Below, in pieces: positions 27,011 to 38,763 of a stretch of 64,000 nt of DNA. The position numbers and the translations under genes are program-made. Location of the stretch: positions 9,858,001-9,922,000 of the forward strand of contig NW_026889772.1 of NCBI RefSeq assembly GCF_033153115.1, read 5' to 3'. Below the pieces are notes generated by a model. That model worked only from the letters and a program-made list of their open reading frames with translations. It was not told where the DNA came from and ran no database searches. How positions within the stretch are numbered: the stretch's first letter is position 1; every line of letters begins with the position of its first letter. This DNA is from Saccostrea echinata. Its lineage: Eukaryota.

Positions 27011-29348
27011 TTTGTTCTGGAGAAGAATATGAAATTGTGAAAAGTTTACAATGACATTGAACAACAATGACGACAATTTGATCAGAATAGCTCACTTGAG
27101 CCTTCAGCTCAATCCTATGAATCAAATCACTCACAGCTGCGAGATTCTTGGCTCCGTTTCCTCCCCCTGGCATGACAACTACATCATATGGAGCTGACTT
27201 CTGGGCCTCTGCCAGAGTGGTGTCCGGCACAATTTTCACATCTCTGCTGCAGTGTACCGGCTCACTTCCATGTAACCCTACCAACTTCACATCTATCTAC
27301 AATTTAAACAATATTAAGTTAGCTATTTCCACCTGCTTTTATGTAAAAGTGTACACAAATAATTACGATCACATCCCAGTGTTCGAAATAACCACACACC
27401 CGACCACCCAAAACCATTAATTTCACTGCAGACAACTGAATTTCCTTGTATCGATGCCCGGTTGGTCATGTTAAAATTTCAACTTTTTTCACGCTAGTGG
27501 ATCTTTGACAGGGTTGGCAACTTTTATCAGCAGTCAGTTCCGTATGTACATATCTAGCTAATTTTATGGTGAGTTTCAAACACTGCCACAACCCTGAGCC
27601 TAGGGCCCAAGATATGAATAAATATGAATCTAAACTATGTCTCTACCTTTATTTAGAATAATGCACTAAATGAAGATTTTGAAAACTTTTGTAAACAAAA
27701 ATTATTGAAAACAAGCTTTTCTTTCAACTTTGTCAGCAGAAATAAATTATTGAATAATATTATTTGACACTTTTCCAACAGTTAAACAAGCAACTGGAGA
27801 AAAAGAAATAGTTTTGCATAAGCCTTGAAGACTAACTAAGCAGTCACCGTAAGTGCTGTAAATAACTTTTTATTCACGAGAACTTAATTTTCACATAATT
27901 ACCCAAGACCACTGCTTGGAAAATTTAAATTTTTGGGTTTTTTTTGTACAAGTAAAAATTATACAGAACAAAAATTAAAATTCATAAAAATTATGTCTCC
28001 CTGATAAATACCAAATGAAAATCTCACAAAAATAAGGTAGGTGTTGGGAATCTTTGGTAATCTACAATTAACAAGAATATAAACTCTGCAAATGGAGTTT
28101 GAAAGAAGTAATGTTTTTAAAAAAAGATCTTTCTTTACCAGATATCTCGGGAAATGTTTGAGAATGATCAGAAACATCATATTTGGCAACTTTAGAAAGG
28201 GAACAAATTTAAATTTTGAATGTCTGTAATGATAGTGAAAACAAATGGTCATCTTCTATCACGGACAAACATAATACCAAGTTCAATTTCTCAAAGACCT
28301 CAATATCATTAGGGGTAATTTACTTCTTAGAGGGTACCAAAGTACCAAAATTGATGTCTGTAAAGCAAATAGTTCTCAAGAAACTGAACTAACAATGTCT
28401 TCCTGTCTAGAATAGTTTACCTCTGACCTTGTGACCTCAAAATCTACAGTGGTAAACTATTTCTTCAGTGGGTACCAGTGTGACAAGTTTGATGTCTGTC
28501 AAGCAAAGGGGTCTCAAGATATGGAGTGGTCATTAATTTGACTCTCGACCTTTGACCCTGTGACCTCCCAATCTATAGGGTCATCTACCTTTCAGGGAAA
28601 ACCAATGTACCAAGTTTGATGTCTGTCAAGCAAATAGTTCTCAAGATATTGAATGGACAAGATTTTCCCATGTCTAGAGTTGTTTCACCTTAATCTTTGA
28701 TCTTGTGACCTGAAAATCAAAAGGGGTCATCTTTTCTTCAGGGGGTAACAGTGTACCAAGTTTGATGTCTGTCAAACCAAGGGTTTCTCAAGATATTGAG
28801 CGGACAAGCTTTGGTCTACTGACATTCTGATTCACATACAGACCAACTGGCAGGCCCCTTTTTTGAAGGGGATATAAAAAGGTGTGACTTGCAGAAGAAA
28901 CTTAGCGATTCTGGAAAATATAGAACAAAAATATTTAAAGTTTACAAACAAACAGACTTTGGACAAAATATGATCAGAAAAGCTCATTCAAGCTTTCAAC
29001 TCAGGTGAGCTTTAATTTTTTTTTTTACTTGACACAAGCAAGGCAGTAAAGTTATTATTTTCACTTCAAATAATCTTTATCATATAAGGACTTTTTGAAG
29101 GATTTGTTTTCTAAACAATGTGCATTTTTAGTTTATATTATAACCACGGAAACTTGATGGTCGGCGTCAAACACTTTAACACGTGTAGGTCAAGATGAGA
29201 TGCAACACAGCCGGCATGAGAATCTACTTTCACTTTACATCAAAAAATGATATTCTAAACATACGCCTCCACGACGCAAGACATCAACTGAAATGACAGT
29301 TTCCATTTCTTCGGCACCTTCTGCCAGCAACACAGCAGCAGTCGGCAT
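21865..29348 (-). CDS. PARK7: Protein/nucleic acid deglycase DJ-1, 5 exons, 188 aa
   Basis: Exons 29348-29265, 27296-27135, 25863-25794, 23313-23230, 22031-21865. Translation [28 protein letters not shown]...YDVVVMPGG...IAAICAAP...VTSHP...[15 protein letters not shown]; the residues equivalent to human Glu18, Cys106 and His126 are present. Confidence 0.95.
22520..23116 (+). mobile_element. Degenerate HINE-like element in a PARK7 intron
   Basis: TGACCTTGA/AAGGTCA monomers, GACA/GACG microsatellite and a poly-C end; similar to 57440-58285. Boundaries approximate. Confidence 0.5.
23801..23870. repeat. 17-bp tandem repeat AGATATTTATATAATAT x4
   Basis: Directly visible. Confidence 0.9.
24051..25357 (+). 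mobile_element. HINE/Helentron-type non-autonomous element carrying a ~110-150 bp tandem array
   Basis: Subterminal inverted repeats ATGCCCCGCC (~24076) and GGCGGGGCAT (~25343), about nine monomers with GTGAGGTCAAGGTCAAAGGAAAGGTCAAGGTC, a GACGGAAG microsatellite, a 3' hairpin, and insertion in an A-run without a TSD. Confidence 0.8.
25970..27112 (+). mobile_element. HINE-like element with degenerate ~165 bp monomers
   Basis: 5' AAGAGG...GCTCACCTGA, repeated GGGGCCATGATTT/GAAGATTTT/AACTTTGATCCC blocks, 3' AGCTCACTTGAGCCTTCAGCTC. Confidence 0.65.
28250..29012 (+). mobile_element. Degenerate HINE-like repeat remnants (TGACCTTTGACC monomers) plus the 3' end of a second family
   Basis: Repeated TACCAAGTTTGATGTCTGTCAA...CTCAAGATATTGA units; hairpin ends at ~28855-28872 and ~28981-29011. 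Confidence 0.55.
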
Positions 29349-29723
29349 CTTATCAAAATGTTTGCAAAAAGACTGCGTAATTATCCGTGCAACACTGTGT
29401 AAAAATGTGTGTAAATCCAGTCCCTACGTCAGTCTCCATTTATCCGGAAACGGTGACAAGTGCTTGAATTTCATTAATATTTTAATATCTCTCCCCAAGT
29501 TATATTAAGTCATGTGAAAAAATTATATTTCTTTAAAATGTCAATATTGTTAATATTATAAGTGCATTTATTTTTTTTCCCTCTCGACATGTCAAAAGCT
29601 GTTTATCCCTTGATGAACCTCAAATTTGTGACACACAGGCTTTTCCGTAGCGTCCAAAGTTCATTCGAGCGATAACGTCAAACTGTACGCACGCGTGTCT
29701 CTACCGGTCTCTTTACAGGAAAG
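29349..29723. promoter_or_regulatory. Candidate bidirectional promoter between PARK7 and IDH1
   Basis: Only 375 bp separate the divergent start codons. The interval is locally CpG-containing, with TACGTCA (CRE-like, ~29425) and CCGGAA (ETS-like, ~29444). Confidence 0.6.
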
Positions 29724-32700
29724 ATGGGGAAAATCAAAGGTATACAATCCAAAAAGAAGAAAATATATACATACAATAATTCGAGATATGACAAAAATAA
29801 TAAATTGACTTTGTTTTGCAGGCGGACCAGTTGTCGAAATGCAAGGAGATGAAATGACCCGGTAAGTCATGCCAAAGTGGGCGGAGCATCTGTCCACAGC
29901 TGTTTTTTGTCACTAAATCTTTTATTACTGTTATTTAGAGAGAAAAAATGTAATCAACATCGACATGTATATATAAATAATTTATTTTCATATGCTTTTT
30001 TGGACACGAAGGGGCATCTACATTTCTGAACGTATAAAAGGAATATCGAATGACATGTGGCATGTCGGAAATCATTGGCGGATCTAATATTAGATTATTC
30101 AGAATTTCTACACAGCTTAACTGATCAGTAAAAGAGGAAAAAAAAGTAAAAATAAAAATAAAATAAAATCACTTTAACATTTAAGGACAAAAATTTTAAC
30201 AGTTTCCTCTTGGTATTTTATAGCATGAAATGAACTTATGAATTCTTTTTCAAGACATTTCACTTGTTATTTATTCCCTGCTTTTAAAAAAATGTGAAAT
30301 TTTTTCCCATAATTTTGCAGGGTTATTTGGGATTTGATCAAACAAAAGCTGATCCTGCCTTTTGTTGAATTAGAGCTCCATTCATATGATCTTGGAATGG
30401 AAAATCGAGACGCTACAGATGACCAAGGTATAGAGTGATATAACAGCTGTTACCCAGTAGTTACATAATATTACCACAGGGTATACACAACTTAACAATG
30501 AAGGATTTTCCTCAGTAGGGGGTATATTGCTCAAAATAATACAGCATTAAAAACCAGAAGTGTCAATATTTCAACATTTCAGACTGTACATATATATAGA
30601 TATATTGCATCTAATTGAGTTTAAAATTTTGGCTAAAATAAATTTATTTACATGCTTTAAACCTGGTAATTCTGTGATAGAGCAAGATATTTTAAGGGAA
30701 TAATAATGATAGTAAGAAATATTTAATACTTGAATGAGGCAAAGTTTACCATTTGGAATTTGAATCAAGACTCCCAAAGTTCATCAAGATATTGGAGGAT
30801 TCATATTAAATGAGTTGACAATTTGAGAAAGTTGATAATTGAATTTTAATAAGGTCTGGACCTAAGATTCATTTTGAAATCTTTGGATTAATGACATATA
30901 ACAGTATTTGAGATACTAATTTATATAGTACTGGGACCCGTTTTACAAAAGAACTTACGACGAAGACCAAAATTTAATTCTGCTTAATATAACTTTTTAT
31001 TTACGTAATATTGAAAATGGTTTTAATCTTTTTAAAAGGAATGTAGTAAGATATCTTTATGCTAGCTATTTTAAAAAGAAACATTAATTTTTCAAAATTT
31101 TACAATCAACTCAAGTTTTTGGTCTTAGTCGTAAGTTAATTCTTTTGTAAAATGGGCACCTGGTTCCCTTATTTGTGTTGAAAATATCTGTACATTTTTT
31201 CAGTAACAATTGATGCTGCCAATGCTATTAAGAAGTACAATGTAGGAATTAAGTGTGCCACTATTACCCCAGATGAGAAAAGAGTGGAGGGTATGTACTG
31301 ATTTTAACATCATAGAGTGGAGGGTACCGTAGCTACCACATTTAACATTGTAGAATGGAAGGAAGGTACCACATATAACATGTACATTACAGAGTGAAGG
31401 TTGAGTACCACCTTTAGAGGGTACATGTAGGTACCATATTCTACATCATTTAGGGTGTGTACTACACTTTACATTATAAAGTGTATGGTAGGTACCGCAT
31501 TTCACATTATAGAGTGGAGGGTAGGTACCATACTTTATAGAGTGGAAGGTAGGTACCATACTTTATAGAGTGGAGGGTAGGTATCATACTTTATAGAGTG
31601 GAGGGTAGGTACCATATTTATACCCCACGCAGCAAGTTGCGTGAGGTATAATGTTTTTGACCTGTCTGTCAGTCAGTCAGTCCTGTTTTTTTGTCAGCGC
31701 AACTCCTCAAAAATCGCTGCACAGAATTTCAGAGAGTAGGTACCATACTTTATAGAGTGGAGGGTAGGTACCATACTTTATAGAGTGGAGGGTAGGTACC
31801 GTACTTTATAGAGTGGAGAGTAGGTACCATACATTATAGAGTGGAGGGTAGGTACCATACTTTATAGAGTGGAGGGTAGGTACCATACTTTATATAGTGG
31901 AGGGTAGGTACCATACATTATAGAGTGGAGGGTAGGTACCATACTTTATAGAGTGGAAGGTAGGTACCATACTTTGTAGAGTGAAGGGTAGGTACCATAC
32001 TTTATAGAATGGAGAGTAGGTACCATATTTTATAGAGTGAAGGGTAGGTACCATACTTTATAGAGTGAAGGGTAGGTACCATACTTTATAGAGTGGAGAG
32101 TAGGTACCATACTTTATAGAGTGGAGGGTAGGTACCATACTTTATAGAGTGGAGGGTAGGTACCATATTTTATAGAGTGGAGGGTAGGTACCATACTTTA
32201 TAGTGTGGAGGGTAGGTAACATACTTTATAGAGTGAAGGGTAGGTACCATACTTTATAGAGTGGAGGGTAGGTACCATACTTTATAGAGTGGAGGGTAGG
32301 TACCATATTTTATAGAGTGGAGGGTAGGTACCATACTTTATAGTGTGGAGGGTAGGTAACATACTTTATAGAGTGAAGGGTAGGTACCATACTTTATAGA
32401 GTGGAGGGTAGGTACCATACTTTATAGAGTAGAAGGTACCACATTTTACATTACAGAGTGGATTTAATTTATATTTCTGCACTAAAATAATTTAGTTTTA
32501 TATTTAAATCATTGATTTGATATTTTCAGAATTCAATTTGAAGAAGATGTGGAAGTCTCCCAATGGAACAATTAGAAATATTTTAGGAGGTACAGTTTTT
32601 CGCGAGGCCATCATCTGTAGCAACATTCCCCGTCTGGTACCTGGATGGACAAAAAGCATCATTATAGGCCGTCATGCTTATGGAGACCAGGTCAGAAACA

Positions 32701-35700
32701 TTATTGTATAGTTTATTAGAAAAGAAAATACAGTTTTGCACCCATTTGAAAAAAATAGATAATCCTGTAAAAGTTAAGAACAAGATTTGGGTGCTTGTTC
32801 AAGTTTATTTTGTTTAAATCCACCATATTTACGATGAATTCTATTTATAGTACCGTGCCACAGATTTTGTTGTACCTGGACCAGGTAAACTAGAGATCAA
32901 GTTCACACCAGCTAATGGTGGCCAGGAACAGAACTACAACGTGTTTGACTTTACAGAGTCAGGAGGTGTAGCTCTAGCCATGTACAACACAGACAAGGTA
33001 AGAACTAGGGCTGTAACGATACAGCTAAAGTGTATCATGGTATATCATGAAACATTGGGACTGTATCACGATATGTCACCTTTCTTAATTTTTTTTGTGT
33101 GTCACTGTTCTGAAATGAGAAATTTTCTATTATAATGTGAACAGATAAGAGTTGTAGATTATTTTTTCAGGTCATGTATACATTATGAAACATTTAATAA
33201 CCTCTAAACACCATTAAAAGCAGCATAGATTAGTTGAATATACAACATTATTTTCACTACAGTTTTATTTTCACTCTCATTAAAGCAGGCTAAAACAGTG
33301 AAAATAAGGTTGTAGATAAATAAATCGAATTTGACAGTGAATGTTCAGTAAAAGGATAGAAAATGCTGAATTCAGAAAATGAAAAAGAAAATACTAATCT
33401 ATTAAAATCATGTTTAGAATCAAAGCTGTATACATTATGTGGAAGTCAATTATTTGAAAAACCAATTGTAGCAAGATTATTCAATAGTCAAAGCATATGA
33501 GATTGAGGGCAGTTTTCAATTCTACAAAAAGCAGTATTTTCATGGACAGTTTAAATTTTAAACTGTAAACACTCTGTTCTTGTTGTGTTACAGAGTATAA
33601 GAGAATTTGCCCACAGTTCTTTCCAGTTTGCTCTACAAAAGGAATGGCCACTATATTTGAGGTAAATTATATTTCTCTTTCTGTAAATCACCTTTTATTT
33701 GCGAGATCTTTATTTTAATGTAATTACGCGAGACTGTGTGCTCGCAAAAAAATTTATTCTTGTCTATAGTATAATAGTAATCCTTATGATTATCTAGAGC
33801 AATAACCACATTTCGTGAATATTCTGTCTCGCTAATAAAGAGACGTTGACTATCTCTTGAAAATAAAGTGTCGCGAAAGTTTAGTGATCTACAGTAGCAA
33901 ATTGTAGTTAATAGTGTGTTAGTCTTGTAAGTCACACTTGAAGTTTACAAATCAGCAGACAAGAATTGAAAGATTTTGGTTTTGTACCAGTAAGCATTAT
34001 TGGATCTGTCAGTTGTACACAATATATCAAAGGTAATAATGTTGCATCTTTTTTTTTCCAGCACAAAGAATACCATTCTCAAGAAATATGATGGAAGATT
34101 CAAGGACATATTTCAAGAAATTTATGATCAGTGAGTATATTGAATGTATAAACATACTTTCAAGCATTCTCAGTCATTTACAGTAAACACATTGGCTTCA
34201 TAAATATGCATGTATTTAGAGATTACAAGAAGGCGTATGAGGAGAAAAAGATTTGGTACGAGCATCGACTTATTGATGACATGGTAGCATACGCCATGAA
34301 ATCAGAAGGAGGCTTTGTTTGGGCATGTAAGAATTACGATGGAGATGTACAGTCTGATTCTGTTGCTCAAGGTTTGTGCAGAAATTTTCTCAAATGTATA
34401 GCACAGCACCAAAGTTTATGAATGTGTAGTAGATGTGTCAATTGTCATAGTGTCACACACGTTTATGTGTAATTTTTAAATTTTTACTATTGTTTGTAGG
34501 ATTTGGATCCCTAGGAATGATGACTAGTGTATTGGTCTGTCCCGATGGTAAAACCATCGAAGCCGAGGCTGCTCACGGAACAGTAACCAGGCATTTCCGT
34601 CAACATCAGAAAGGAAACGAAACATCAACTAATTCCATAGGTAAAGATCCATTTATAGTAATTATGTATGGTTTCTCTGAAATAAACTGGGTGCTTAGAT
34701 TAATTACCTTACGTTTGAAATAAGAAAGTTGGCAAACATATTCCAAGATTTCTAGACTGAAATTTTGATACATATACAGTGTATATAAGGACTGTTGGCA
34801 CACATTGACATATCAACATAATGAAGTATATATAAAACCACATTGTACATGATTTCAACATTTTTTAAAATTTACTCACCTTAACTGTTAATAAAGTTTA
34901 TTATTGTTATTCTTTCAAACATGTAAATGATTATATTAAATTTATGTAAATGTCATATTTGTCAGCAGTTGAAAAGGAAATTGATATATGTATTGTAAAT
35001 TTGCTTTAAAGCAATCATTGTGTACGGTACTTCAGAATTAACCATTCTTTTTCTTTAATGTTTCCTTGTATTAAAAGAATCCTTGTAATATAAAAACACG
35101 TATACAAAACTAAGACATAAAATTACATGTATAAAACTTCCATTTAAGCTTCCATTTTTGCCTGGACCCGAGGACTTGCCCACAGAGCCAAACTAGACAA
35201 GAATGAAGCCCTGAGGAAGTTCTCCGATGACCTTGAGAGGGCATGTATAGAGACCATTGAATCAGGCATAATGACCAAAGATTTAGCCATCTGTATCAAA
35301 GGCATGAACAAGTGAGTAGGCAGTATTATCTGTGTCAAAGGCATGAACAAGTGAGTAACAGTATTATCTGTGTCAAAGGCATGAACAAGTGAGTAGGCAG
35401 TATTATCTGTGTCAAAGCATGAACAAGTGAGTAGGCAGTATTATCTGTGTCAAAGGCATGAATGAGTAGGAAGTATTGTCTGTATCAAAGGCATGAACAA
35501 GTGAGTAGGCAGTATTATCTGTGTCAAAGGCATGAACAAGTGAGTAACAGTATAATCTGTGTCAATCATGAACAAGTGAGTAGGCAGTATTATCTGTGTC
35601 TAAGCATGAACAAGTGAGTAGGCAGTATTATCTGTGTCAAACGCATGAATGAGTAGGAAGTATTGTCTGTATCAAAGGCATGAACAAGTGAGTAGGCAGT

Positions 35701-37087
35701 ATTATCTGTGTCAAAGGCATGAACAAGTGAGTAGGGAGTATTATCTTGTCAAAGGCATGAACAAGTGAGTAGGCAGTATTATCTGTGTCAAACACATGAA
35801 CAAGTGAGTAGGAAGTATTGTCTGTATCAAAGGCATGAACAAGTGAGTAGGCAGTATTGTCTCTGTCAAAGGCATGAACAAGTAAGAGACAGTATTATCT
35901 CTGTCAAAGGCATGAAAAAGCCAGTAGGAAGTATTATCTCTGTCAAAGGCATGAACAAGTGAGTAGGCAGTATTATCTGTGTCAAAGGCATTAACAAGTG
36001 AGAGACAGTATTATCTCTGTCAAAGGCATGAACAAGCCAGTAGGAAGTACTGTATGTGTACTTAAAAAAAGCGGGCTTCATATTTTAGCAGCTTTGGCAC
36101 AGACAGTATGATGCGCTAATTCATGAATACCGCTAAATAATCATTTACAAATACAATATACGGCACGGACTTGTGTAGCGCTAATTCATTATTACGCCAA
36201 CAACTGCATATCCATTGATTGCACTTAATTTTGAATACGCCAAATTATGTACACGTACAGTATTATCTGTGTCAAAGGCATGAACAAGTGAGTAGGCAGT
36301 ATTATCTGTGTCAAAGGCATGAACAAGTGAGTAGGCAGTATTATCTGTGTCAAAGGCATGAACAAGTGAGTAGGCAGTATTATCTGTGTCAAAGGCATGA
36401 ACAAGTGAGTAAGCAGTATTATCTGTGTCAAAGCATGAACAAGTAAGAGACAGTATTATCTCTGTCAAAGGCATGAAAAAGCCAGTAGGAAGTATTATCT
36501 CTCTCAAAGGCATGAACAAGTGAGTAGGCAGTATTATCCATGTCAAAGGCATGAACGAGTGAGTAGGCAGTATTATCTGTATCATGGGTATGAACAATTG
36601 AGTAGGGAGTATTATCTTGTCAAAGGCATGAACAAGTGAGTAGGCAGTATTATCTGTATCATGGGTATGAACAATTGAGTAGGCAGTATGATCTGTGTCA
36701 AGGCATGAACAAATGAGTTGGCAGTATAATTTGTAGAATACTTTTTCTACAGTAAGGGTGTGCATCTACAATTATAATAAAAAATGCGTAATAATATAAT
36801 ATAAAACTTTACTTTAAATACGGTATTTTATTTATTCGAGGAGAATTTACAAACTGTGAGTATATAAAAATGGAACAGTTCATTGCACCAAGTAAGAAAT
36901 ATGGAGAGAAATATTGTGTCCGTCATATTCAGCACATACATATACCATGAACATTCTTGTAATCAGTGGTTAGGAGGATAAGTATCTTTTTTTTTTTAAT
37001 TTTAGTGTCCAGAGATCAGATTACCTGAACACGTTTGAGTTCATTGACAAGATTGCTGAGCTGTTGACCCAGAAACAAGCCAGTTGA
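29724..37087 (+). CDS. IDH1: NADP-dependent isocitrate dehydrogenase, cytosolic type, 12 exons, 410 aa
   Basis: Exons 29724-29739, 29822-29861, 30321-30427, 31204-31290, 32530-32690, 32851-32997, 33594-33661, 34062-34130, 34220-34371, 34500-34640, 35149-35311, 37006-37087. Motifs [60 protein letters not shown]. Confidence 0.96.
30934..31159. mobile_element. PIF/Harbinger-like MITE
   Basis: Imperfect TIR GGACCCGTTTTACAAAAGAA...TTCTTTTGTAAAATGGGCAC with a 3-bp CTG TSD. Confidence 0.65.
31281..32460 (+). repeat. 28-bp minisatellite AGAGTGGAGG|GTAGGTACCATACTTTAT anchored on the IDH1 exon 4 donor
   Basis: About 35 copies; the first copy is the real exon end/donor AGAGTGGAGG|gtatgtac. A HINE-like fragment interrupts the array at ~31617-31730. 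Confidence 0.95.
33681..33894. mobile_element. Small MITE
   Basis: TIR CTGTAAATCAC...GTGATCTACAG followed by TA. Confidence 0.6.
35289..36730 (+). repeat. 39-bp minisatellite ATCTGTGTCAAAGGCATGAACAA|GTGAGTAGGCAGTATT anchored on the IDH1 exon 11 donor
   Basis: About 30 copies; the first copy is the last 23 nt of exon 11 plus its GTGAGT donor. Confidence 0.95.
36050..36260. mobile_element. MITE with TA TSD inserted in the 39-bp array
   Basis: TIR CTGTATGTGTAC...GTACACGTACAG. Neighbouring units give the empty site AGGAAGTATTATC, showing a TA duplication. Confidence 0.8.
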
Positions 37088-37114
37088 CTAGATAAGGACT
37101 CTAGCAAGCTGTGA
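37085..37114 (+). other. UGA-CUAG readthrough signal with in-frame PTS1 extension (X-LDKDSSKL*)
   Basis: TGA CTA GAT AAG GAC TCT AGC AAG CTG TGA, read directly from the IDH1 stop onward. Confidence 0.8.
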
Positions 37115-38307
37115 ACAAGGACATTTCAAGCTTAACTTGATCATAAAAAACATCTTCTCCTTCTTTCTCTTTGCAAAACATATCAGTGTTTGGTACATGT
37201 GTACAAGTTCATGTGTTTGAGTGATATCTAGAGTATTCAGATTTTTACCTGTGATTCTTCTATAATATCATTGATTTATTTACGTTATTGTTTTGAAACA
37301 CATGATTTTATATGATCTGTGTCTGTATTTGTTTTGTACATGATTGTACATTGTAATACATGTATGATATGTGTTTTACTAAATATCCTTTGATATCTCT
37401 TTTGAGTGATTTTGTAAGTAAAAAATAAGCTTACAGGGTATAGTTAAATTTATGTGATTTTATCTGTCATGTTTATTTTGTGTCCTATTTGTTTTAGTGC
37501 ATTTTTAAAGGTCTTAGAATTTTTAAAAATTATTTTAAACACAGCAATATGATTTAATCAGTACTAACTACTTACAGTAATGTATTTCTTTTATGACATA
37601 AATTTATAATAAATACTTTTAAGTACTATGTTTTGACTTTCTATGCATAAAAAATTTGCCACACATTTTTCCTGCCTCCCTAGAATGATAGTGGTATATA
37701 TTTTTTGTACAGTAATATTGTCTGTGTAGTCTAAAGCAATGTCAATCTCCAACCACAGCTAGAGAACATCCACCTTGCATTCATCAACTTTGCAAAGAAG
37801 AGAATGCTACCACAGTAGATTCATATTCATTGTCGGATTAAAAGGTCAAATGCTCCAGGTCTCCATTGATAAGTAGAGATCAGATCAATTTCATCAATCA
37901 ATTTTCCATATTATCTTAGATACAATTCCAATTTCAATCTACAGGATCATGTTTCTTATTCAACATTGAAATCAATCCCCATGTTCTCAACCAAAAGGAT
38001 GGACTCTACAGTATTTTTCTTAGATGTTATGTTTCAAAAAATATTTAAAAACCTTCATCGGGTACTTTCTCAAATTTATTTGAAATAGCAGTTTGTGCTG
38101 GATTTTTCTTTCATGGCTGAGGATAATTATGAAGTAGCTATAATTCCCCTTATTCCCCAAAGATACTTTGTGCCAAGTTTTGATGAGAATGGCTCTATTT
38201 ATATGATCAAGAAATTAAAAGTATTTAAGCTTAACTCAACTTGTAAAAGGAAGAGATTCATTCTTGTTTGCCATATTTCTCTCCACTAGTCTCAATTTTC
38301 AAGCCCC

Positions 38308-38517
38308 TATATACATGTAAGCCTACAACTTCTTCATGGATCAAAGTATTTCACTGTAGAGATCAAACCTGTGTGGACATGTCTAACACCGCCATTGTTA
38401 CTTGGTCTTGATATATACATGTAAGCCTACAACTTCTTCATGGATCAAAGTATTTCACTGTAGAGATCACATCCGAGTGGACATATCTAACACCGCCATT
38501 GTTACTTGGTCTTGATA
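38308..38517. repeat. ~105-bp direct tandem duplication
   Basis: ATATACATGTAAGCCTACAAC...GTTACTTGGTCTTGATA occurs twice, with few mismatches. Confidence 0.85.
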
Positions 38518-38763
38518 AAAATATAAAATGTATACAGATACACAACTACACCATGTCAGGAGAAAAAGTAACATCAATTTCACAGTTCAATGCATTATGA
38601 ACAGATGCAAATGCATGTAAAACAACACAAAATGTAAATACTAAAAGACGATGTAAGAAATCCAACATGCCAGCCATAAGTTCAAGGTGTGAAATTAGAT
38701 GTAATGAATGCAAAGGATATACATTGTATATACACTAAGTGCTGACATTGGATAAAGGAAAAC

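Noticed and set aside
35765-36765. Repetitive ORFs on both strands (up to 194 aa)
   Set aside because: They are translations of the intronic 39-bp array, which stays open because its period is a multiple of three.
37085-37087. TGA as a selenocysteine codon
   Set aside because: IDH is not a known selenoprotein and I could not identify a SECIS. The CTAG context plus terminal SKL fits ordinary readthrough better.
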